Below are positions 35,005 to 47,000 of a stretch of DNA of 64,000 bases, piece after piece (within the stretch, counting starts at the first letter, position 1; each line of letters starts with the position of its first letter). A program made the translations under genes and the position numbers. The notes under the pieces were generated by a model. It did no database searches, was not told the origin of the DNA, and saw only the letters and a program-made list of their open reading frames with translations. This DNA comes from Macrostomum lignano. Lineage: Eukaryota. The stretch is from positions 62,001-126,000 of the forward strand of contig NIVC01000874.1 in assembly GCA_002269645.1 (NCBI GenBank), written 5' to 3'.

Positions 35005-38000
35005 CTGGAGTTCGTCAGGGAAGTGCAAACATATGAAACAGGGAGCACAGCTTTTATCCCAATATTGCAAAAAGGGCCTTTTTGCAAACCTTGTCAAGGC
35101 TGAACTGAGGACTCGGCTGGTTCACGGTAAGCCGCATCTTCAAGCCGTTGTTCAGGTGAAACACGACCGGATCCATGGAGCCATAGCAGACGCAGTACAA
35201 AAGGAACAGGTACGCAAGGTTCAGGCCGATGCTGATCGCTGTTGACTTTGCCTTCTTGCGGAGTGCGTCATTCGACTGCGAAGCGAGGACGTCTTGGAGA
35301 AGCATGAACTTCTCTGAAATTTGATGAATAATAGCTGGGTAAACTGAAGCAACGCAGAGTTAAGTGTCTTGCTCAAGGACACAAATTGTTGCAGAGGGAT
35401 CGGGAATTGAACCCCCAACCTTCAAGTCGTGAGTCCGACGCCCTAACCACTAGGCTACAACCCAGCTGTAAAATGGGTACCAGCATTAGCTGGGGTAATT
35501 GAGGGTGTGTGTGGCGACCCCCCAGTCCTTGGACTGAACAGCCGTACGCAGCCTTCAGATGCGCCGCGCAATAGCTGCGGCTGAGCTGTCGGTTGCACAT
35601 CTGCCCATTGGGCAGGTGTAATCAATTATTATTATATTAATTATTATTGAATAATAACATATTTCTACAGCATAAAAGAAAGTATTTCAGCACATTCAAA
35701 ATCTCACCTCGACCGTCATGAATCTCGCGAACTCGGACGCTGTGGGCATCCATGGAGTCGTAGTCCTTCCTCATCAGCAGAGCCAGCACCAACCCGACAG
35801 CCAACACTTTCAGCGGCTGGAGAAGCAACACCGTCTCAAAGAAGGAAAAGAAAAACGCAAGCAACCAGCCTTCCGACTTTTCCTTGCCCCAGTCCATTGC
35901 GTAGAAGACAATGAACACGCCGGCAGTGAGCACACTTAAAACGAGAAGCACCCAACCAACGTACTGGCACCAGTGAGGCAGAGAGAATTTAGAGATCCAG
36001 GTCTTCTCTTCCTCCTCAGCCTCAGTCTCATCCTCGGTCGTCGCCGCATCGCTGTTGATGACGCGCCGACTTCGACTCGACTGAGGTCGGTACCGCTGCG
36101 CAGCTTCGATATGTTGCGGCTGTCGCTTGGACTTGAGAAACAGCAGGACAGTCGCCATGGACACGGGCAGCACTGTGAGCGCACCGAGTATTGAAGTGAT
36201 GAGGGAGCCGTAGGAAACCTTCACCGGTCCGATTCGGAAGGCCTCCGACGAGCTGTCGGCGACTTCGTACCTGTATAATTCAGGGTAAATCAGGAGGTTG
36301 CTGTATTTCATTATAAACTGGGATACGTTGAAGTTGGATAGTACACCAAGTTCGCTCATACCACATGGCATTAGCGATCATCGTCATGAAGAGTAGACTC
36401 CAGCACACTCCGAGACGCTGCAATCGACTGAAGTTTGTGTCCACTTTCCGTCGCAGCATTGAAAACCAGATGTGGTCATCCTGCATCCGTCTGCTCAGGT
36501 GGTTGCGGACGAGATTCTTTGAGAACTTGAGGTCGAGCGATGAGGCACAGTTGACAGCAGAGTCGATGCCCGGACTCAACCAGTCTTCAATCACAAAGAT
36601 GTACTTGTTGTCATTGGTGCAGTCTGTGACGATCAGGCGACTGACGTACCATCGGCCGGCACCGGACTCGGTCTTGTCAAATGTCAGACAGATGGATCGA
36701 ATGTCACCCAGATGCGCTTTAGTCGTCATCAGGAAGTTGTCAACACCTCCGCTTTCAAAGTTCTGTAAGGTTCGAATTGTAACTAATCTGAAAATCAGTT
36801 TACCTTGAATCAAAAAATTCGGAAAGTAAAAAAACAAGAAGCTGACCCGTCTCTCTCCGTCATCCAGAGTTCTCAGTAGCTCGCTCGCATTCATGCCTTT
36901 AACTGAGATGAAGACTCCAACAGGGACTTCATAGCCTCTTTTCGACCCGTTGAACACCTCAATTTTGTAGACGAAGCCTTTCTGCTCCCGCTCGTCTTTC
37001 AGGGGCAAAAATTGAAACTGAAATGAGAGATGACTCACAGTAAGTCAACTGGTTTACAAGACATAAAACACGACTCATCAGAGCTGGGCTGACTGCTCAC
37101 CTTCTGTGCGTCCCGCAGGTCCATTCGTCTCAGTAACACTGCCAGAGGAATGAACAGAACCCACAGAACGATCACAACAGACAGCACTGCCCTGCTTTCG
37201 CTCAGCTTGCCCTGCCAGTTTTCGAACAGCTCGCCGAAGTCGATCGTGTTGGGCACGAATGAGATTCCAGCTCCGATGCTGCCGAATAGGTTCACCTTGA
37301 AAGCCGGCCTCGCCACCGCCGTCTGCTCGCTTGCCTGAAAGTTAGAGTGATCGATTTGCAAATCAGACTCGAATTCTAGCTCTAAAATTGTGAGCTCGAC
37401 TGTCACTTAAGTCGTCTTACCTGGCACTTGGCGCTATCCAACAGGCGCCACTCGTCGACCCCGCTGTCCCATGCGTAGCACTGTTGAGTGGAGATTCCCA
37501 GATGATACAGCAAGGTGCAGTTGCTGCAAGTCAGTGAGCCAGACGAGTCCCTTGAGCAGCCGAGCTTCCTCACTCCTACGAACACCGTTTGGTTAATTGA
37601 GAACATATCAGCTGGAATGAAAATCAGCTTCTTTGTTGCGGTGTCATTCGTCGAGTTGAGTGACTGCGGCACTACTCGGTGGAGAGTGTAGTTAAGAGGA
37701 TCTGGCGCGGTGCCTTCGTGCAGGAAAACTTCGAGCTGATGTCCAGCATCGGGTTGGATGACGAGCTGGACGACCTCTCCTGTTGCATTGAAGCTGTGAT
37801 ACATCATGAGCCACTTGTCAGTGGGAGTCTTAGCCACTCTGAGCAGCGGTACCTGAGCTCCGGCCAGCTGCATCTCATAGGTCGGAGAAGAGGAAGCTGA
37901 CCGCTTTGATCTGCCATGGGATGGTGGAAAGTCGTAAAAGCTGCATCCTTGCGATCGGCCACGAAGGAAAGACGTTGTGACTTTGGACTCCGACTGGCTC

Positions 38001-41000
38001 CAGTGGTACGGATCGGCTGCGCTCATCATGAACGTGATGTTGCATTTGCCGGACGGATCTGCCGCGCTGAACCTGGGCAGTGAGACGCTTCCAATATCAG
38101 TTCGGATTTTCGCACCTGTAACATTCCCATTAGGTGTGTCCTGTGAGACGCCTGCAAGTACGAATCCGGGTCGAATTTGAGTGAACTGATCGACCAACTT
38201 CAACTGAAGAAGTGCGATGGTGTCGATACAGTTCAGAGTTTTTATCATGATTCGCTTTACGGAGTCACGATCGGTGTAGTTATCGGCATAGAAGACTGAT
38301 GCATTCCAGATACTGAGGCCAGCATCAATTAGTTGGTCTGGAATGTCTTCTTTTTCTTGTGGCGAGAGATTATTTATCTTTTCGAAGGCTTCATTGCTGA
38401 GTTTTGACAAAATCTCAGCGGCGATCTCCTAAAATAAGAAAGATTTTCGTTTTTGTATTGTAGCTCGTATTTAACAAATCATTTGACTTCATAGATATTT
38501 TGAGTGTCTTTGCTGTCGTCTCTTTTGCAATTAATAGAAAATGTTTGCAGACAACCATTGGCGTCTGCAAAATGGATTTTGACTTAAAAACACAATATAG
38601 TCATCAGCTTAATCCCCATACGCAAAAAAATTGTGAACTGCGAAAAGGGACTAGTTATTCGAGGTAACGTATAATGAAATGAGAATTTTTGCTTGCTTTT
38701 CGAGCCATGCTAATCTTGCTTCTTCATATTGCTCCTGATCATCAAAGTCATCGCTTTGTTTGAGCCAGACTGATTGCGGTAGTCAAAAAGCTAAATTGGT
38801 TGCAGATCAATAAAATTCGACGTGCAGATTTGCCAAATTCAACTGTAGAATACGAAAAAGAATACTTTTGGGCATCGCTAAGGTGAGATGGAATACTTGT
38901 ATCGATATTTGGACGAACCAAGTGACTTCATCCTTAACTGAACCGTTTAACCATTTAAAAAGCAAACATGCTTTTTTAGATGGTGTTGGACTGAATTTAT
39001 TACCGAGTGTAGCTATTTTTCGGTTAACTATTGATGCATCGTTTGCATGTGTCCAAAGGGCCTCAAATTTTTGGAATATAAGAGCTTCGCTGAAAACAAA
39101 CGAGAAATGTCTGTCTTACCTGACCAGCAATGTCCAGCTGCGAAGGAATTTTCACTCCATGCATCAGCAAGCCGGATGTGATCCCGAGTCCAGAAGTTGT
39201 ATTTAAAAAAACAGGGATGAAGCTAAGAAACTTCCAACGGAGCTGAAATTATTAATTTGCTACCTATCTTGAACAGGTTTTTATATCAGGATAATGTAAA
39301 TCGATAATAAAAAATCTTAAGTTTGATCAGCTCTAAAATTGATTATCAAGCTCAGCTTAAAGGTAATTATTTTTATTGTTTTTTTGTTGTCCCATGTTAT
39401 CCTGTTTAACTCCTGGAATACCTGAACTTTGATTTCTGCTGGTGACCGTAAAACAGTTTTACCTCTGAAATCTTCGCAAGAAAACTTCCTTCAACGTCCT
39501 CTTCGTAAGAATCTAGCAGCAATGCAACTGATTGCATGGCAACTAAAGCCGCCTCGAGGTCGCCAACTGAGATATGCTTTGCTACAATTGAACTGTTGCC
39601 ACTCAATAGGTTTTCCAACATTGCTGTCAGCTCGCTTGTTGACAGAGCCAGTTTATGGATCTAAGGATTGCATTAGTGCGGTAAATTTCTTTTTATAGTC
39701 AGTCAGAAAAGAGGGAACTCAAATGTAAGAATAATATATTTACATACTTACCGAGAAGGTAAAATTGTAGTATTGCTGCGCTCCAAATGAATCTGAAACT
39801 ACGAATTGAACAACAGCCCAGCTACTGTCACCCAGCGGCAGCATCACTCTTGGACTAACAGCATTCGTCGAGCTGAATAAACTGTAGCGCTTGCCAGATT
39901 GCGGTAAAATTAGCATTGATTCGTAAAGTAGGGGAGCCACCGCTGCGCCGAACTCCGTCCAATTTTTGCATAGCAGCTGCACATTTGTCTTTCTGGAAAT
40001 TACTGAAGAAATTCATTGATTTTTTATTAGCTCTGTTTCATTTACTGAAAAAAAGGAAAAAAATTAAAACTTTTCGAATGTCCCCTTATACCTCCAGGAG
40101 GATCCACGCGACAGGTACCACCTACTGGAGGCCCATTCACGGTTATGTTGGCAACAAGGTTTGAAATCTCTTGACCCAGATTCCACAGCTGTCCCATCAC
40201 TCTGTAGTAGGAGCTCTCCATCAGTGTGCCAGCCGAAATCGAGAGCTCCTGGCCATCGCTGCTTGACTGGCGAGTTCCCTCGATCTCGTATCCGCTGACA
40301 CCGAGCCGAACAATCGTCAAGTTGCTGCTCACGGTAAAGAACTTGTGGCCACAGTTCTGCTCGCACACAAGTCTGTAGACAAGCGGCCTCTTGGCGACAA
40401 CTTTGGCTCCGCAGTTCTGCTCGCAATCAAGTCGGCCTACAGGCTTCGGCTGTGACTCAACAAACACAGTCTTTGATTGCCAAACCTCTCTGGTGTCTTT
40501 TGTAAGACGGACTCGGAACACATAGCTTGCGTTCGGAACAAGATCGAACGAGTTCACAGTGAGGGATCCCGCAATGGATGCGTTTCCCAAGTACACGACA
40601 CCGGGTCCGTTACCGAAGCAGCCTCTCAGTTCCGAGAGCGCTCTGGCTTCAGTCTGCGATGGGATGCTGATGGTGTTGGCTGAGTCTGACTCTTCAGGTC
40701 TGAAGCAGCTCCACTGAAACGTCATGCCGCTAAGATCTCCATCTTCCACGTCAAAGTCCGTGGCCGTCGCAGACGCATTTAGCACGAAGGTCTGATTGAA
40801 TGAAACATATTCCGGACCAGTAATAGCTTCTAGACTCAATGGAGTCTTTGAGACGTTCAGCAATATCCACGCAGTCTCTGCCATAGCAGCATCCACAGTC
40901 AGCTCGGCAGTGAATGAGACATTGTACAGCCCGTATGGCAACACCCGACGCTGAACCAAGCACTGATCGGAGTTGTCAGTGCACAGAGGAAGTTCGATAG

Positions 41001-44000
41001 ATGATTGTACAGCAATGATGGTCCAGTATGTGCTGATGTTGGTCAGCTTGGAGCAGTTGTATGGCGCCACGGCAGTAAGGTTAACCTGCTCGGACCTTCT
41101 CTTTGTCAGCACTGATGTCACTTGCAATGGAGATGCGTCCAAGTCAAACAGTCTCAGCCTTGGCTTGTAGCAAGGGATGTCAATCACGGTTGCGAATGTT
41201 TGCGCCGAGTCATTGCTCACGTTGTTAAAAGCGAAAACAAAAACGGGTATCACGCCAACAACAGGGAAAACGCGTTTCCATTTGATCTGTAGGTCGTTTT
41301 GAGTAATTATTGTGTAAGTCGCGTTATTTCTTGTTGCGATCGACCGACACGATTCTGATACACCAAATATCTCGTTCGGATTTTCTGAAGCATTGTAGTA
41401 TACTTCAATGCATGTTTCATAAGCCACTCTAGTCATGTCAAGCATGAATTCGGTCGGCATTCCGATCCAAACCGTTCGGTTTGTGCTGAGGTTGGCTATT
41501 CTTACAGAATCAAGCAGTAAATTAAGGAAAAGTTTGCTGTTACTCCATTGACACAGACAGGACTTCTGCACCACATGCTTACAAGTTGTATTCCGATTGC
41601 CTCAGCTGGGTACTGGAAAGAGACCGATATATTAGAGCTACCAGTCAAACTCTGAGCAAAAATTCGTTTGAGCCAAATATAGAAAATTGAAAATCACATA
41701 AAACAAGTCCTGCTTCCATCGATGGTAAATTGTTAAGAACAAACTGGACCATTTCGTAGGGCCAAAGAACGCTTTGTCTGTAGGTGACGGATACGTTGAT
41801 CAGTGGATTCAAACAACGATTGGGTTGATCTGAGCTGTTTTCCAACTCACTGGGTTCGAGGCGTTGACTATAACAGTGTAGTTTCCTGCAGTTGAGTACG
41901 AGTGCGCCAGCACAATCTCATTGCTCGAGGCGTACTTGCTCGGGTGAAAGGTAACACTGTTTGGGGTGGAGTCACCAAATCTTGTTGTCAATTCGACTGA
42001 AGTTCCATTGGACACTCGTATGGTAATACTCAAGTTTTGACCAGGCTGGACAAACACGTGACTGGCATTGGCTGTAAGTCCTGACACTGGCTCATTGCAC
42101 ACCACTGTTGAGTTTTTGGCGTACTGACTCACTAGATTCCAGCAGCGAACTGACAGAGTCATTTCCTCAGCGATGAGGTTCGGAGGACACTCAAGAGTCA
42201 CAGTTTCGGTGGATTTTGATGCTGAAACGTTTTGGAACTGATTCAGTAGACTGAACTCTGGTCCTGCAGCAAGGTTAACTTTGCAGCTCACATTTGTAGG
42301 TACTGCTCCGGTGTGGGTCACCGGAAAGTAAATGGTCGGCGTTGCGGCATGAAAATATGCCGACTGAGCCACTGCAGCGATAGGATTCTGCACAATAATT
42401 CCTGATACAGTTGAGCTCTCGTTGTTCATTGGGCTAGAAGCCAGAACGTGAATGTCATAAACTCCAGGTGCATTGAATGTGTGGGTGATGTTAATGGGCT
42501 GTGCATAGGACACAGGCTCAGGATGCACAATCACTTGGCTTGTACCATCAGTCATTTTCACCGTGTAGGTGACATCAGTACCATTTTGAACAGTGAGCTG
42601 CAGTGGAAACTGCTCACTTGTGAGCAATACAGATTTATTGATTTTGATTTCAACGCCCTCGATTTCAAATGGTGTGTAGAGCCGAAGCTCAAAGTTTTTC
42701 GAGTACGCACCACCTGTGTTCGTGCAGCGAACATTTGATGTAACAACCGATTTTCCAGGTTCATAAATGTAAGAAATGCTTGGTGGTTCTTCATAATAAA
42801 TAAAAAAATTGGTGTACGTCTCTTTTCTATTCGAATAGAGTGTAACTGTGCATGTGACTTTGAGAAACGATCCTGGCTTCTCATTTACGAAACCAAAAAA
42901 GAAAGTCACATTGTTTGGAGCTGGTAAACGTTCGTAATACGCTTCAACTTTAAGTGCCGCTGCTGGTGCAGGACTGACAAGAAAAGTTCCATTCGCATTG
43001 AACTCACTAATATTACTTCGGCAGTAAACATTGTAGCTGAATTCCCGATATTGGCCGGAATATAGATAGGTGATACTTATATTTTGTCCTCTGAAGCTGT
43101 CCAAAGAACCATTTTTCCTCCAATTCCAAGTAGTATTTATGCTCTCTTCAAGTGAAATGTCGCAATCAACGTATGTTCCATATTTCCAACTAATCAGAAA
43201 TGTGTAGCTCTTGTCTGGTAACACAACCAACTCATTTGTTATTGTTTGGTTAATGATAGGGAGACCTGAAAGATACATAGGATAAATATTTAACTTGAAC
43301 AGAGCTACGATAACAACAACTGTACATAAATGTACGAGTATATCTTAAGTTTGTGTTGGATCCTTTTATTCTTACCTTCACGAATAAATGGTTTCGGAGC
43401 GTCGATACACCTTCTGTTGTTAGCCAAATTTTCATCAATAAAGCTTGGTGACACCCAGTTGATCATGTCTGCACAAATCGTCATGTTCCGGTGGGTACTA
43501 TTAATGCACTGGTCAAATTTAAGTATAAAAGCAACAGTGCACTGCATCGTCATTGTAGCACCAGATTGTAGACCCAGTTGAGTGTCCTTATCAGCGCACT
43601 TTGCACTCTCCATTATCGAAATAACTGTGCCTAGGTCATCTGTGAAGTGCAGTGTAACATATGGCGAAAAGTTGATACTCGAAGAAACGACTGGATCGAT
43701 CCTCGAGCCGCCGGAATTTCGAACCAAAAACTCGATTGTCTCGTTGTGCCGGTATTCTGGGATCCAGGGATTAAATTTTAGGCCCGGAATCACCGTCATT
43801 GCATCCAGGGAAATATCCGAAACTAAAATAATTGCAAAGTAACAGCGCTCGTAGAATTTTTATTATTTATTCCAAGCTGCATTTGTTTAAGGAATGTAAA
43901 AGCGAAAAAAGAATAAACTTACAGATATCACAGTAAGTTGCAACTGACTGACAAGCAATGTTATTGCTGAGGTATACCTCGGTGTAAGTTGAATTCACAG

Positions 44001-47000
44001 AATTCCTAAACAAGATGCACAAGTGTGTTGTCGTGTTGCATTGGGTCTGATTAACTTCGAATTGAGGAGACTGAACGCTGAAAGAGAAATTGTCCCCCTG
44101 CGAGTAATGCGCCTTGAAAATTGCTTCGTTTGTGACCAGCAGGGGAATTTTCAAAACAGAGTCGTCAAGGCACCTCTGTATTAAGACATCATCTGTCCCA
44201 AAGCTCGTGCAGTCGCTCGTGACAAAGTGCAACGTCACGTTGAAGTTGACGTCGCTCGATAATTCCAGAATGGGGAAGCTAGCATTGTTGACGCGAACTG
44301 TTAGGTTGTAGGCAACAACCACATTCTTGTGCCTTTCAATTGGGTTCGGAGTCAAACTCGTCAAATTAGCTTTTAGCAGCTCCGTGTCACATTCTGGCTG
44401 ACAGGTTTTATAGCCATCGATATCCAAACAGAGTGCATTGTTGTTTGGGTTCATATCACGGACTGTTTCGTTCTCTGTAGCCAATAATCCTATGCATAGA
44501 TAAGATGAAGACCAACACTGACCTCCCTTTGGTGTAACAAAGTCAGTAGAGATGTCAAACTCAAACTCTTCGTACAGTTTGTGACCAGCATGTAGGTCCC
44601 TTGAATTAGCGTCACAGGGTTGTGCTTGAAGTAAAAGATCGGGTCAGCGGGAGGATAGACCGCTGACGATTTGTTGAGAAAGTACGTGAAGAAGTTTGCC
44701 AAAACTTTAGGCGGAGAGGAAGCTGGAATATCGGCATTTCCACGGAAATGCTTCATTCTTACGGTAGCTACATAGCGACTTGACATGCCTCTTATCGGAT
44801 CTATTTCAAACGTAGCGTTTATAAAGATGACGCTCATGTCGATTGTAATATTGCAGACGGATAAACTCTGATCTGGTAGATTAGCACAGCTGCACTGTGG
44901 TGTGAGTAAATCTCCTCTTGGAACGCACGCTGTTCGGTTCTCACTAGAGCAATCAAAATCCGTAGTGCAGGGGTCACCTACATCACCAGGCTTGATGTCT
45001 GAAGTGGTGGAAAAGGACACAAAATGGCTCGTTCTAATACGTCAAACAAAATTGAAAAACTAATTTTTCTTCTTTTTAAAGGCGTAAAACTGGGAAAAGA
45101 AATTACCATCTAGGATCATCTTCGGCGCAAACAGCCGCATTCGAACCGACACACCGTTGTCGGCAGGCAGGTCTGGCATCCATCGAGGAGCTCCATTCGA
45201 ATCTGCTGCCAGCTTGATCAGATTTTTGCCATCGCACTGACTTTGCCACCACGGTGAGAGCGGCTGGGCACAAGACAGGTTTGAGAACAGGCCGAACTGA
45301 GCGTTGTTCAGCTCAACAAAGGTGTACTCGTCCAGAGTTCCCGTCCGGCAGTCTTTCGCGTGCATCGGGTAGCCGCCCGCTCGAGACCCGACCCACCACT
45401 CTTTGCACTCGACATACTTGCCGAGTCCCTGCGAGTTCGTGGCCTCTAGCCTCAGTGTCAGCGGCCACTGGCCTGCAAAGTATGTCGGCAGCAGCTCGAG
45501 GAAGTCGAGTCCGGTCCAGAAGCTCATCTGGTCAGCTTGCGTGAAGTTGAAGTCCATGGCGGGTCGGTTCAGAGCGAATCCAGTGCGATAGTCGACTGGG
45601 GTTCGTCCGGTCTCCAGGTTCGGGGACAATTTTTGGTATACGACCAGGGAGTTTCGGAAGCAGGGCACGGTGGCGGATCCGAGGTAGGGGTGCTCGAGCG
45701 TCACTGATTGTGATTCGTTGCACAGAATGTCGGTCATGCCTGAAATAGAGTTTTTTAGCTCGTACTGATGCAGTTCTAGACTGGGTATTTAGCTCGAATG
45801 TATTCATTCTCGTATGTATAGTGACATACTCTTAATTGGCACAGATGACGCATAGACGTCCAGCTTAATTCCGATTTCAGCGGAAGAATTTCTGCTAACG
45901 CGTAGCTTGTCGGTGTAGGCCACATTTACAATCGGGTAGTTGACAGGCACCAAAACTGAGTGGCTTGGGAGACGAAACGGACCCTGAAGTGAAGCATTGT
46001 AAAGCCTGTATGGATCTCATTTTGCTATAGACTGGTTAAAGGGAGTGAAAATTTTTTATCATCAATACTTATCATTCATTTATTATGATTCGTACCTCGA
46101 ATAGCCTTGAAAGATGAGCAAATTGTACAAAAGTAGCAGTGCAAACCGTGGGAAGCAAGGAAAACTTAATTTTTATGCTTCTTAGTGTGTGGGCAGGGCT
46201 CCCAACTTCCTAGAAAAGTTCAATTAAAGTCAAATATATTTAGTAAGCTACTATAGCTAAGACTTGTTAGATTTGCTTTCCGGTTGCTTTTGAGTGCACC
46301 TGCAGACCAGAGTGCCATCCTACAGGCGAGAGCCTGATAGCAAGTACAGCAGAGATGTTGCCGTTTCGCTGATCCTGAGCATGCACGCGGGTACGTGAGT
46401 AAATGCGATCCAGCCATTTCCATAAAGTCGATGGTCGATGGTCGATGTTCGTTACTGGTCTTTTTAGAAGCTGAATGTTTAAAATGGTGTTATTTTACTT
46501 GGCTTCGCAGTGACCTTAGCCTCTACTAAGCTCAATGATAATACGAGTATAATGATATTTGATTACACCTGCCTCAATGGGCAGATGTGAAATCGACAGC
46601 TCAGCCGAAGCTATTGCGTGGGGCATCTGAAGGCTGCGTACGGCTGTTCAGTCCAATGTCTTGGGGTCGCTACACACACCCTCAATTACCCCAGCTAATG
46701 CTGGCACCCATTTTACAGCTGGGTGAACTGAAGCAATGCAGAGTTTAGTGTCTGGCTCAAGGACACAAATTGTTCCGAGAGGGTCGAGAATCGAACCCCC
46801 GACCTTTCCGCCGTGAGTCCGATGCTCTAACCACTAGGCTACAACCGTGCTGATTTTGGGGAAGTATGCCATTCTGCCCAGTAGTGTGATTATCACTAAA
46901 ATTCAGCAACCAATACCGTCTTGGCTCGTACTTATAATTTTCAAGTTTTGTAGGCTCGACAAATTTGACTGGAAAATAATTACTCTCTTTGAGCACAGTC

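Noticed and set aside
46770-46846. tRNA gene
   Set aside because: It has A/B boxes but continues directly into a SINE body shared with another copy, and no complete acceptor stem could be formed.
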